This document shows positions 47,541-57,727 of a stretch of 64,000 nucleotides of DNA, in pieces. Source of the stretch: Sedimentisphaerales bacterium. GTDB lineage: Bacteria; Planctomycetota; Phycisphaerae; Sedimentisphaerales; SM23-30. Positions within the stretch are counted from its first letter, which is position 1. The number at the start of each line of letters is the position of its first letter. A model generated the notes under the pieces. It did no database searches. It worked only from the letters and a program-made list of their open reading frames with translations, and had not been told where the DNA came from. The DNA lies in assembly GCA_963666285.1 (NCBI GenBank), contig OY762711.1. One strand, 5' to 3'. A program made the translations under genes and the position numbers.

Positions 47541-50459
47541 ATGGCTGAGTGGAAGATTGTATACAAAATATTGAATATATCGACGGATAGAGAGCCCAAT
47601 GCCTGGGAGATACTTGGGGTCGATCGCAGAGAGAATGATCTTCGCAAGATATTGTCCGCGTTTGAAGAGCGCAAGCGTATACTGGCAGCCGGAGTTACGG
47701 GTCAGCGTCAAATGGTCCTGATACGCAAATTTCAGCAGGAAGTTCTGGTGCCGGCGTTTAATAAAGTATGTACCGAAGCCGAACGTGACGAAGTTGAGGA
47801 TCTGGAAGAGCCTGAAACAATCGAGGAAGAGATACCGGAAGTTGAAGAAGATGAATTTCGTTTGAAAGAAACAGATGACGATAATGTTTATTCGTTGGCA
47901 ACGGGAGATTATATAGATGCCGATGAATTTCTTAAACCGGACGAAAAGTCTGCTCCAGTTGAGGCGGAGGATGACGACAGAGGGGCAATTCCATTTTTGG
48001 AAGTAATGGAGGACAGCGTCAGTTCAGAGGCTATAGAAGCAAAAGCAGAACCTGACAGTAAGAAGTCCAATGATGATAGTGATGATTACCAGGTGCCTGT
48101 GCTGCTGGATGCGGATCAGTTTGTGCCGGAGCTTGAGTCTTCGCAGGAACTGCAGGCGTTGCAAAATGTGATGGATGACTCTAAGGTTGAGGAGCAGCTT
48201 GACAGTTTTGAAGAGTTGGGTGTGGCTGAAGAAGAAGAGGGAGAAGAACCGAAGAAACAGAAAAAGCAGCTTGGCCGAGAAAAGTACCTTCTGTATTTAA
48301 TTGCAATAATACCATTTATTGCGCTTGGAGTATTTGCAATTGTTTTGATGAATATGGATCCGGAAAAGGACGGTGGGGCTGATACGGTAGAAGTTGGGCA
48401 GGTGTCTGAAGTAGAAAGCGGGCAGGATACAGGTTTGGCGGCAGATGCGGGTGATGGAAGCATGGACCCAGATAAGCCGGACAAACAGGCATCGGTAACA
48501 GAGGCTGTATTGCCAGAGAATAAGAAGTTGTCGCTGGGAGTCAAGTCTGTCGAGGTGCCGGTAAGGTTTTCATTTTTGATCGACGAGGTGAGGGCGAGTT
48601 TCTCAGACGGTTCAAGTTCGGTAGAAATTCTTGAGGATATAGCTGTAATTCTGAAGGCGTGGCAAATAATAGTGCAGAATGCACCGGAGACCTCTGATTA
48701 TGTTTTAATGCTGCAGAATATGCGGCACAGGGGCAGAGCTGATAAAATTTTTGATTTGAAATCATCCGGGGTCGATTACCTCGATTCAATTTTAAGTAAG
48801 CCGGACAGTTCGATAGATTTTCCGATAGAGTTTTTCCGGGAAGAGTTTGATTCAGGAGATAAGGTCAGGATATGGCGGGCAATAGAGCTGGCGGGTATTT
48901 CCGGAAGTACTTCGCTGCAGGAATTTATTTTTGACGAACTGGATAAGAAGAAGGACCAGGAACTAGCCTGCAGGATGATCCGTGCGTTGTGTATCTGGTC
49001 ATCGGCAACAGAGCAACTGGCTATGCTGGATTTGCTGAAGCCGGGCAAGCGTGAATTGGCGAAGATGATGTTCGGTAACCTGCTGATACGTTATGAGATC
49101 GATCCGCTGTCGTCCGGTGCCTATGAAAGTCTGCTGCCCCATAGCTTTACAAGCCGGGATCTGGCCAGGACTATGGAATGGTGGCAGAATTATCTTTTGC
49201 GATTGTCGCCGTCGATGGCGGTAAGCAGTGGGTTGGTTTCCGGTAATATGGGTGTGTCAAGAGCTCAAGGGGCAGACAGGATAACAGAAACTTCATACCA
49301 GGGCAATGTCTTGGCGGTAATATGGAAGAATTCGATCGAGTTGAGTGCCGCGTTAAGAAGTACCCGCGGCATGCCTTTACTGTCGCCAGATATAGAGATT
49401 AATCCATCGATAACATATCCGGTCAGCCAGGTATTATTCAGAAGTGTAAAACAGCTTTCAGAGGGGCTGCTTGCGGTCATGTACGATGAATATTCGAAGG
49501 AGGATTTTTTAGAGGATCTGGATATTCTTCGTTTTCATGCGTTGGAGTATGAGTTTGGTGATGTTGATCTTCGCGCTCCGTATAAGGCTGAGGAAGTGTC
49601 AGTGTATTGCGACCTGATCTCCGGCGGTGAGTTTTCCGGAAAATTTAAGACAGCACAGCTAATTGAAGGGCAATCGCCATTGTTAGCAGTTCGCAAGAGC
49701 CTGTTCGAAGCAATGACAAAATATGCGGCAAGTTCGATAGTAGATTATAAGTCAGATTTTATAGGAGATGTATCATATTATATTGAACTTGACTTTGACT
49801 TTGAGTTGAATAACGAATATGAGCTGGTAAATGAATCGGAAGAGAAACTCAAGCAATTACTGGAGGAGTTTCGTTCGGAGCCGTTTTCGGTAGATAAATT
49901 TAACAAGGTTCGTACCGCGAGCAGCCAGGCGGATATGCAGGGTAAGGCCGGCCTAGCCTATTTACAGCTGGCGATAAAGGCGATGCAGTCGAATAATAAA
50001 AATGATGCAGGCGCGATGGCAATAGATTGTTTTAAGAATGCGATGAAATGGCCGGAGAGCCGTGCGATATTAAAAAGTTATACCCCTGGATTATTTGAAT
50101 CTCTATCGGAAGATCCAGATCACCGATGTTCTTATTGTGGAGATACCGGATATAGATTGTGTCCAGAATGTGACGGTATGATTTTTGTATTGTGCCAGGA
50201 ATGCAGGGGAAGCGGCGCTGTGACGGTGCGTCTGGAAGGTCGTGTGACCTGTCCGGATTGCGGAGGTTATGGTATAGTGCCATGCTGGGAATGTGCCGGA
50301 ACGGGAGTGGTTCCATGTATGGAATGTTATGATTACCTGACATCACAGGAACTGTTTTTGCCGGATGATGAAGTTTTGAAGGAACTGCAGCAGGAGATAA
50401 ACCTGGCTACATTGCAGATAAGGGTAGATGTAAAGCCTAAGACGACTTCAGGAAATTGA
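47541..50459 (+). CDS. Hypothetical membrane protein with C-terminal DnaJ-type CxxCxGxG zinc-finger repeats
   Basis: 972-aa ORF; acidic N-region, one TM helix, then CSYCGDTG/CPECDG/CQECRGSG/CPDCGGYG/CWECAGTG/CMEC. Confidence 0.7.
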   Translation: MAEWKIVYKILNISTDREPNAWEILGVDRRENDLRKILSAFEERKRILAAGVTGQRQMVLIRKFQQEVLVPAFNKVCTEAERDEVEDLEEPETIEEEIPEVEEDEFRLKETDDDNVYSLATGDYIDADEFLKPDEKSAPVEAEDDDRGAIPFLEVMEDSVSSEAIEAKAEPDSKKSNDDSDDYQVPVLLDADQFVPELESSQELQALQNVMDDSKVEEQLDSFEELGVAEEEEGEEPKKQKKQLGREKYLLYLIAIIPFIALGVFAIVLMNMDPEKDGGADTVEVGQVSEVESGQDTGLAADAGDGSMDPDKPDKQASVTEAVLPENKKLSLGVKSVEVPVRFSFLIDEVRASFSDGSSSVEILEDIAVILKAWQIIVQNAPETSDYVLMLQNMRHRGRADKIFDLKSSGVDYLDSILSKPDSSIDFPIEFFREEFDSGDKVRIWRAIELAGISGSTSLQEFIFDELDKKKDQELACRMIRALCIWSSATEQLAMLDLLKPGKRELAKMMFGNLLIRYEIDPLSSGAYESLLPHSFTSRDLARTMEWWQNYLLRLSPSMAVSSGLVSGNMGVSRAQGADRITETSYQGNVLAVIWKNSIELSAALRSTRGMPLLSPDIEINPSITYPVSQVLFRSVKQLSEGLLAVMYDEYSKEDFLEDLDILRFHALEYEFGDVDLRAPYKAEEVSVYCDLISGGEFSGKFKTAQLIEGQSPLLAVRKSLFEAMTKYAASSIVDYKSDFIGDVSYYIELDFDFELNNEYELVNESEEKLKQLLEEFRSEPFSVDKFNKVRTASSQADMQGKAGLAYLQLAIKAMQSNNKNDAGAMAIDCFKNAMKWPESRAILKSYTPGLFESLSEDPDHRCSYCGDTGYRLCPECDGMIFVLCQECRGSGAVTVRLEGRVTCPDCGGYGIVPCWECAGTGVVPCMECYDYLTSQELFLPDDEVLKELQQEINLATLQIRVDVKPKTTSGN

Positions 50460-51273
50460 TTTTGAGTGAATACTTAGTTTTGGCGAATCCGGTATTATAC
50501 CTAAACCATGCGAAGGCAGCGGCAATAAGAATTAAGGGCCAAAACTGCCTGATAAATATATAGAGGGAATTGATTCTTTCATAACCTGCTAGAAACGGGA
50601 GTGCCGCAATAAGAATGAGTGTGATAATCCTGGCCGTTTTGCAGGTGTATATATGCGGCCTGAGATTGGGGTGTTTTTCTATGATAATCCAGGCCAGGTA
50701 TGCCGCGAGTATGCCGATGGCGGCCCCAGCGATAGTGTCGGAAGGGTAATGTTTGGATGCGAGAATTCTCAGTAGTGCGATGATAAATGCGGATGAATGC
50801 AGGACAGTTAGAGCGGCGAACCGGAATGCGGCGATGGAGCTGTTGGCTATGTATGGTGTAAGAGCAGTTGCGACGGCGTATGCTGTTGCTGTATCGCCGG
50901 AAGGGAAGGAAGATAACTGTCTGTCAAAGTGATGTTCTTTTTCAGGCTGGGCGGTAACAGCGATTTGGAATTCCGGTCGAGGTCTGGCGATAAAATATTT
51001 AGCCGGGTAAACAAAAGGGAAGATAAGCGGCATTGCGATAATGGCGACAAGAACCGGTTTTACCTGTCGAGTGGTAATGAGCCAGATAAGCAGAAGCCAT
51101 ATTGGTACCCATGCTTTTCCGAGTTGGCGGAATGCGTTTATCCAATGGTTAGTGCAAATGTTGGGCCGATATTTAAAAAGGAAAAAATAGACCTTGTCAT
51201 CCAGGAAGAAATAGCTGGCAGTAGTAAGTAGAGCCAGAGCAGATATAATAATGATTATGATATTACGTTTCAT
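50437..51273 (-). CDS. PAP2-family membrane phosphatase
   Basis: KYFIARPRP, SFPSGD, RILASKHYPSD. Confidence 0.85.
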   Translation of the reverse strand: MKRNIIIIIISALALLTTASYFFLDDKVYFFLFKYRPNICTNHWINAFRQLGKAWVPIWLLLIWLITTRQVKPVLVAIIAMPLIFPFVYPAKYFIARPRPEFQIAVTAQPEKEHHFDRQLSSFPSGDTATAYAVATALTPYIANSSIAAFRFAALTVLHSSAFIIALLRILASKHYPSDTIAGAAIGILAAYLAWIIIEKHPNLRPHIYTCKTARIITLILIAALPFLAGYERINSLYIFIRQFWPLILIAAAFAWFRYNTGFAKTKYSLKINFLKSS

Positions 51274-51399
51274 TACAGCAGTTTTTCTATTTTTATCGTC
51301 AATTCGATTCTACATAAAATAAAACAGGCATCAAGTTAAAATCCTGTTAGTCCTATTTTTGCTTGTCTGATAAATAATTTAGGTTATTATTTGTATTAT

Positions 51400-52206
51400 A
51401 TGGAAAAGAAAGTTAAAAAAAAGAGGAATAAGAAAATGCTTATATTGCGTTTTGTGATATTGCTGCTGGTGTTTGTCTGGCTGGCAGGCTGTGCGATTGA
51501 CAGGCAGATGTTTCCTTGCAGGCGTACATATGAAACATTGAGCGGCCTGGTTAAGCTGCCTGTTGATGATGGCAATCAAGTTGCATTGGTATATATCGAA
51601 AATTCTAAAGCGGAATTTACAGTATTATTTAATCATGGCAATTATGAGGATCTTGGCGTATTAGAGGAGTTTCTGGCAGATTATTCTCGCAAAGGATTTT
51701 CAATTATTGCCTGGGATTATCGAGGCTATGGAGCGAGCAGCGGCAGGCCAAAAGAAAAGAATGTATGTAGCGATGTACAGAAGGTATTTGATTATGCGGT
51801 TGAAGAGCTTGGATTGGATCCGGGTAAGATAATTGTCCATGGCCGTTCGATAGGCAGCGGTCCGTCATGTGAGCTTGCTGAGAATAATAAAGTTGGCGGG
51901 TTGATAGTAGAATCCGGATTTATGTCAGTTTTCAGTGTTATGCTGCCGTGGGCCGGCCTGCCAGGAGATAAGTTTGTGAATATTGATAAGATTGATAAGG
52001 TTGACTGCCCGGTTTTGGTATTGCATGGAAAGCATGACCGGACGATAAGTTTTGATCATGGTCAGAAACTTTACGGCCAGGCAAGGGAGCCGAAGAGCTG
52101 CCACTGGTTTGATGATGCCGGGCATAATGATATTTTGTATTTTGAAGCTGAATACTGGCAGGCGATAAAGGAATTCAAAAAGCAAAAGTTAGAAAATAAA
52201 CAATAG
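51400..52206 (+). CDS. Alpha/beta hydrolase (ABHD17-like), probable lipoprotein; start uncertain
   Basis: LAGC lipobox, FNHGN, DYRGYG, GRSIG, HGKHD, AGHND. Confidence 0.85.
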   Translation: MEKKVKKKRNKKMLILRFVILLLVFVWLAGCAIDRQMFPCRRTYETLSGLVKLPVDDGNQVALVYIENSKAEFTVLFNHGNYEDLGVLEEFLADYSRKGFSIIAWDYRGYGASSGRPKEKNVCSDVQKVFDYAVEELGLDPGKIIVHGRSIGSGPSCELAENNKVGGLIVESGFMSVFSVMLPWAGLPGDKFVNIDKIDKVDCPVLVLHGKHDRTISFDHGQKLYGQAREPKSCHWFDDAGHNDILYFEAEYWQAIKEFKKQKLENKQ

Positions 52207-52234
52207 TGAAGAGCTGGTTTAGAATATAGCAGTA

Positions 52235-52268
52235 AAATAAAAAAGGCTTCGTATAGAAACGAAGCCTT
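52235..52268 (-). terminator. Intrinsic terminator between convergent genes
   Basis: A-tract + AAGGCTTCGT-atagaa-ACGAAGCCTT. Confidence 0.7.
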
Positions 52269-52313
52269 ATGGTGATGATTATGTTTAGTTGAGCGAAAAG
52301 CTCAATTATGAAA

Positions 52314-52952
52314 TTAGTTCATGCGGCGATGAACTCTACCAACAATAGCAGTGCCGAAGCCTGCGAGTATGACAGCACCAGGAGCCGGTACTGTTGGGGC
52401 CGGTTCAGGAGCAGCCGGTTCAGCAAAGTTCAATTCAAGTCCGATTGCTGCTTTGGCAGCATTGTCACCGATTTTGTTGTATTGGACGATAATGTCAAAA
52501 GATGAATTGTTGACACAGTATTTAGTGTTATTTATGAATAGGTTTGTACCATCAAACATTATTGTATAAGACCTGCTGATATCCCACCATGCTGATTCAT
52601 CGATAACAGAATCTTTATTATGGTCATTGCTACAATCGCCATCCCAAATAATAACATTGTTTTCGTTTTTGATACAAAAGAAACCATAATAATTTTCACC
52701 ATTTATAGTGATATCAAGGTCGACTGCTTTGTTCGTTTCCAGTAAGAATTTGTAGCTTTTATCTGAACCGTAAAAATTGCCGGCATTTTCATATGTGAAA
52801 TTACTGCCATCAGAATATGAAAGTGAAGTTGTGACAGTTCCGGTTCCGCTTCCAATGTTTTCAGTCCATGATTCTGACCAGTCAGAGGTAATTCCTGCAA
52901 AGGTGCTACCGGCAAATAATGACAAAGCAATCAAAAAGGCAAATTTTTTCAT
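52314..52952 (-). CDS. PEP-CTERM-type (VPAP variant) secreted protein
   Basis: Signal peptide; VPAPGAVILAGFGTAIVGRVHRRMN. Confidence 0.85.
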   Translation of the reverse strand: MKKFAFLIALSLFAGSTFAGITSDWSESWTENIGSGTGTVTTSLSYSDGSNFTYENAGNFYGSDKSYKFLLETNKAVDLDITINGENYYGFFCIKNENNVIIWDGDCSNDHNKDSVIDESAWWDISRSYTIMFDGTNLFINNTKYCVNNSSFDIIVQYNKIGDNAAKAAIGLELNFAEPAAPEPAPTVPAPGAVILAGFGTAIVGRVHRRMN

Positions 52953-53232
52953 TTTTCTCTCCTCAGAATTTTTAAATACAGTTACTCAATAAAAAATTAT
53001 TAAATTTTGGAAGGGAATGGTGGTGGGACCCAATTTTTCCCTTCTTCTCCGTTTGTGGAATTACATGATAGGAAATTAAAGCAGATGTGTCAATATGATA
53101 TTAGGGATAAAGTTAAATATTCTCGCATTTTTTGGCAGAAAGCCGCTAATTTGGGTTATTTGGAAGATATAGTTGGTTTGTAGCAGGGGAGGTGGTTACG
53201 TTCTGTTAATTGTATAAGGCGATTTTTTATTG

Positions 53233-53269
53233 AAAAAAGGAGCCTGGCGTGTCAGCCAGACTCCTTTTT
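53233..53269 (-). terminator. Intrinsic terminator
   Basis: AAAAAAGGAGCCTGGC...GCCAGACTCCTTTTT. Confidence 0.75.
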
Positions 53270-53308
53270 GTTTTTTTGGGGTTATATAAAAAGGGAATAA
53301 AATAAGCT

Positions 53309-54151
53309 CTAGTTCATACGACGGCGAATTCTGCCAACGATAGCGGTACCGAAACCAGCGAGAAGTATAGCTCCAGGAGCAGGAACGGCCGCTGCGTTAT
53401 ATTCAACAGTTACGTTATCAAGAGCCAGTCCGTCGATATTATCATAGCATAACCAGCCATACCTATTTCCACCTACAACCGATGCGATGTCATCAGCAGT
53501 TGATCTAGTAACACTATAGATAAGTGTACCATTAGAGTCTAGTAGGTTGAAGTCAACAGCAAGTGAGCCTGCCAGATCGTAGTAAACACTTTCAAGAGTG
53601 TACCATCCAGAATCTGAAACAGTTGCATAATCCTGGCTATTTTCATTTAATAGTTTATAGGAGTTAAATGAATAGTCTGAGTTATTAGATGCATTAACAA
53701 TCAAATCTTCGTTAACAATACCAACATGCCAGATAAAGTCACGAAGGTGGCTACCGTCTTGTTTACTGATAGCGACAGACCAGTCAAAGCCATTTCCGTC
53801 ATCCCAGTTTGTGTCCAGATAAACATCCATAGAAACACTAAAACCGGTTCCGAAAGAATCAGAGTAGCCACCTAATCTAGTGTAAGGTGAGACAGCGCCA
53901 AGTGTAGGTGTGCCATAGACGTTACTCTGTTCAGAAAGGTTAGTAATGATGGCATGTGAGCTTCCATCAGCAGAGATGATACCATCTGTGCCAGAGGCTA
54001 CCTGAATGATATCGCCACCAGCATAATTTTGCCAATTGTTTGAGTCGGTGCCAGCTGTCCAGCCAGCATCTTCAAAACCTTCAAAATAGGTAACGTCAGC
54101 AGATGCAACACCAGCAATACAGAGAGCAAGTAACAATACAATCTTTTTCAT
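53309..54151 (-). CDS. PEP-CTERM-type (VPAP variant) secreted protein
   Basis: Signal peptide; VPAPGAILLAGFGTAIVGRIRRRMN. Confidence 0.85.
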   Translation of the reverse strand: MKKIVLLLALCIAGVASADVTYFEGFEDAGWTAGTDSNNWQNYAGGDIIQVASGTDGIISADGSSHAIITNLSEQSNVYGTPTLGAVSPYTRLGGYSDSFGTGFSVSMDVYLDTNWDDGNGFDWSVAISKQDGSHLRDFIWHVGIVNEDLIVNASNNSDYSFNSYKLLNENSQDYATVSDSGWYTLESVYYDLAGSLAVDFNLLDSNGTLIYSVTRSTADDIASVVGGNRYGWLCYDNIDGLALDNVTVEYNAAAVPAPGAILLAGFGTAIVGRIRRRMN

Positions 54152-54416
54152 TTTAGTTTTCTCCTTAGAAAATAAGTTATAAGAAATAAGGCCTTAGATT
54201 TTGTCAAATAAACCAGAATGGAATGTAAAATTGAAATTGACATTCTCTTTTTTTAAGCAATAACCTTAAATTCATAATATAGTAGTAACAGGTGAAAGTC
54301 AAGATATTATCTAAGTCTGCAAACTGTTTATTTGAAGAGGTAATATTCTTATCAGTGTTAATAAAGGCTTTTTTCGCAAATGTTATTTTGGTGTTAGGAA
54401 TGTAAATCTAAAACTA

Positions 54417-55505
54417 TCAAGCTTTTGTAGTACTTTTGCGTTTGAAGCCTTTATCGTTGAGTTCGAAGACGTAAGCGAGTACTTCAGCGACCGCTTTGTA
54501 AAGTTCCGGCGGTACATAGTCGCCTACTTCGCAGCTTTTGAACAGGGCCCGTGCCAGCGGTTTTCGTTCAACGATAGGTACTCCTGAATCAAGAGCAATT
54601 CTCCTAATACGCTGTGCCATATATCCAGAACCTTTGGCAACCAGCTTCGGTGACGGCATAGTCTCAGGGTCGTATTTGAGAGCGAGAGCAAGTTCAGTAG
54701 GGTTGGTAACAATGACATCAGCTTTTGGAACAGCCTGCGCGGTACGCTGAGAAGCCAGCTGTCGAGCGACAGATCGTCGCCGCTGTTTCATGATTGGGTC
54801 ACCTTCCATCCTTTTCATTTCTTCTTTGACCTCTTCCTTGGTCATTTTCAGATCGTTATAGTGTTTGTATTTCTGGTAGCCATAGTCCATGAGAGCCAGT
54901 ATAAGCAGAACAGTTGCCATCCTGATGCCGAGTATAAATGTCATTTCACCTCCGGCAACAAGTATGTCAATAAAAGAAAGAGTTGAAAGAGATACAATTT
55001 TTTCCATAGAGTTGGTAATTGTAATACCAGCAACAGAACCAATAATACATACTTTCGCTAGAGATAAGGCCGCCTTGACCGCGCTTTGTGCAGAGAACAG
55101 GCGTTTAATACCGCTAAGAGGGGACAGTTTTTCAAAAGACGGAGTAATAGGTTTGGAAGTAATCATGAATCCAACCTGGAAGAGATTGGCGAGGTATGAA
55201 GCAAGAAACAGAAACAGAAATATTGGTCCAAGAATTCTAACGAGATATTTAATAACCATAGCCCCGCCTTGTTCAAAAGCGAGTTTTCCGGTAACCGCAA
55301 CGCGGTCGAGCTCGAAAGCCCAGTCAAATAGTTCCATAATAAGCTTAATCATGTCATCGATGAGAATATTAAGCGTAAAAAGGGCAGCCAGCAGGCATAA
55401 TGCAGCTGTAAGATCCATGCTTTTGGCAACCTGTCCTTTATCCCTGGCTTCCTGCAGCCGCCGAGCGGTAGGTGCCTCTGTTTTGTCTCCGGTATCTGAT
55501 GGCAT
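54417..55505 (-). CDS. flhB: Flagellar export apparatus protein FlhB
   Basis: KTEAPTARRLQEARDKGQVAKS, KMTKEEVKEE..EGDP, NPTE cleavage motif (NPTH variant), PLARAL, AVAEVLAYV. Confidence 0.93.
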   Translation of the reverse strand: MPSDTGDKTEAPTARRLQEARDKGQVAKSMDLTAALCLLAALFTLNILIDDMIKLIMELFDWAFELDRVAVTGKLAFEQGGAMVIKYLVRILGPIFLFLFLASYLANLFQVGFMITSKPITPSFEKLSPLSGIKRLFSAQSAVKAALSLAKVCIIGSVAGITITNSMEKIVSLSTLSFIDILVAGGEMTFILGIRMATVLLILALMDYGYQKYKHYNDLKMTKEEVKEEMKRMEGDPIMKQRRRSVARQLASQRTAQAVPKADVIVTNPTELALALKYDPETMPSPKLVAKGSGYMAQRIRRIALDSGVPIVERKPLARALFKSCEVGDYVPPELYKAVAEVLAYVFELNDKGFKRKSTTKA

Positions 55506-55537
55506 AAATAATGATTCAGCAGTGATTTAGTCAGCGT

Positions 55538-56320
55538 TTAGCTGGTTTGGTAGAAAAGTCCCCCGATTTCCCTGAAAGCAAGAACAATGTATTCATCAAA
55601 AATATCGAATGCCGCGCCAAGTGCAGTAATCATAATAAACATGGTCAGCAGTATTCGCATTGGGAACCCGGCAGCGAGAATATTGAGCTGCGGCATAGTT
55701 CTGGAAATGAAACCAAGGGCAATAGTCGCGAGAAAGACAGCAACGAGAACGGGCCCGGCAATTCTAATCCCAGCCTGAAATGCGAGAATGAGCACATTAA
55801 CCAGCGTTCTCATAATAGGTTCGGTAGAAATTGGAGCAGCTAAAGGTATAGTTTTGAAGGTATCGGCAATGGTATGAATGAGTACCAGGTGTCCGTTGAT
55901 AAGTATGTAGAAAGTTGTTAACAGCAGGCTGTAAATCTGCTGGATGAGTGTGACGTCCAAGCCGGATGCCGGGTCAACCATCTTTGACATGCTGAGCCCC
56001 ATTTGCTGGCTGATCATCTCGGCTCCCATTTTTATGCCGGTGAACATAAAAAGCAGAATTAGCCCCATGCCGGCACCGATGACCATTTCGCTGGTAACAG
56101 AAATAGTAAGTCCGATCCAGTTTTCCGGCTGGAAAACAATACCGGGTACCAGAGGCCATACAGCCATTGCAATAACGAACATGAACATGCCGCGGACAAT
56201 AACGGGGATTGAAGACAAGCCAAGGAGCGGGCCGAACATTGCCAGTCCGGATACGCGAAATAGAACCAGAATAAAAGCCGGTAGTCTTTCGTAGAGAGTC
56301 TCAACAGGTGTTAAGAACAT
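55538..56320 (-). CDS. fliR: Flagellar export apparatus protein FliR
   Basis: RVSGL..FGP, EMVIG, QQMGL...DP, NGHL, GFISRTMPQLNILAAGFP. Confidence 0.9.
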   Translation of the reverse strand: MFLTPVETLYERLPAFILVLFRVSGLAMFGPLLGLSSIPVIVRGMFMFVIAMAVWPLVPGIVFQPENWIGLTISVTSEMVIGAGMGLILLFMFTGIKMGAEMISQQMGLSMSKMVDPASGLDVTLIQQIYSLLLTTFYILINGHLVLIHTIADTFKTIPLAAPISTEPIMRTLVNVLILAFQAGIRIAGPVLVAVFLATIALGFISRTMPQLNILAAGFPMRILLTMFIMITALGAAFDIFDEYIVLAFREIGGLFYQTS

Positions 56321-56783
56321 AAATGCTTCCTTGCAAGTAGTTTACAGATGAAAATTTGTTTATTAAATCTGTATTGCCGTCCATGGCGTTATTTATAAAC
56401 TTCAGTAATTCCAATGAAACAGTTAGAGGTAAAAACATTAAAAAATTTCAAAAGAAAACCGAAGCTAAAAGTTCATTAACTCTATGCTAATGAACCATTT
56501 GGACAGTTTACACAGATTATGGCTAAATGTCAAAAAATTAAACCAATTTTATCGGAACTACCGATAGACTCGATTGAGAGGGTCTGTAGCCTTTCTTTTA
56601 TTTATCCCCGAAAGCTATGGACTTGTACAAGCGGTTGTGCAACCGACGGGCACGGAGTGTATGAATATATAATAAAATTACCCAAATTAACATTTGGTTT
56701 AAGTTTATTTTTTATAGATACTTATATATTTTTTCGGTCTAAATGATGAAGGGAAGTATAAAGCAAAGCAGGAATGTTGAACT

Positions 56784-57674
56784 ATGGGACTAGTATACAG
56801 TAATTTTCATTTCATTTATGATCAGAAGCGGGAACTGGGCCTGAAATTTGTAAATGGAATAACATTGGGCAGGCAGCAAATATTCCTGCGAGCCAGGGAA
56901 TATCAGCGTTTGTGTGATAAGTACGGTATAACCAGTAGGACGCTCCCGAAATTTGGAACATGTGATGATCAATTCCTTGAGAATGCATTTGGCTGCAGTA
57001 TAACATCAGCAGATTACAGTGATTATGAAGGGGCCGAACTGGTACATGATTTTAACAGGGCTTTGGATTCCAGCTGGTATGGTAAATATGATCTTGTAAT
57101 CGATGGCGGTACCCTGGAGCATGTCTTTAATTTTCCTCAGGCAATAGCCAATTGTATGAACCTACTGAAAAAAGACGGTCATTTATTTATATTTACCCCG
57201 GCCAACAATAACATGGGGCATGGTTTTTATCAGTTTAGTCCCGAATTGTTTTATCGAGTTTTGGATGATGAAAACGGTTTCCAGGTAAAAAGTATGGTTT
57301 TATGTGACAGCAAGTATCCCGGAGTAGAACTGGATGATAATTTAGGTCACTGGCGGGTAGCTGATCCAGTTAAGGTAGAATCGCGAGTAGGTCTGGTGTC
57401 GAATCGTCCGGCGTGGATAATGGTACATGCCGTAAAGACAGCAGATAAGCCGGTATTTGAGAAGTATCCTATACAATCAGACTATGCGACAACGTATGAG
57501 CAATGCAAGGTCGAAGGTAAGAACCCGGAATCAGCCAGGAAAACAAGCGGCAGGATAAAGGCTAAGGTTAAGGCCATATTGCCAGGAAAACTTCTGCGAG
57601 GCAGGATCGGCAAAGCACAACTGAATACGTATTCAGTAAAGAACAAGGAATTTTACGAAAAACTTGATTGGTAA
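56784..57674 (+). CDS. Class I SAM-methyltransferase-like protein of a polysaccharide locus
   Basis: LGRQ, DYSDYEGA, YDLVIDGGTLEHVFN, GHGFYQFSPELF. Confidence 0.7.
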   Translation: MGLVYSNFHFIYDQKRELGLKFVNGITLGRQQIFLRAREYQRLCDKYGITSRTLPKFGTCDDQFLENAFGCSITSADYSDYEGAELVHDFNRALDSSWYGKYDLVIDGGTLEHVFNFPQAIANCMNLLKKDGHLFIFTPANNNMGHGFYQFSPELFYRVLDDENGFQVKSMVLCDSKYPGVELDDNLGHWRVADPVKVESRVGLVSNRPAWIMVHAVKTADKPVFEKYPIQSDYATTYEQCKVEGKNPESARKTSGRIKAKVKAILPGKLLRGRIGKAQLNTYSVKNKEFYEKLDW

Positions 57675-57727
57675 AAGTGCGAAATTGATTTTTGAATAAG
57701 TTTCAGAAATAGAAACAGGCGAGGAAT

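Noticed and set aside
56539..56567. Sigma-28 promoter (TAAA...ACCGATAG)
   Set aside because: Spacing is 17 rather than ~15 bp and the -10 element has mismatches.
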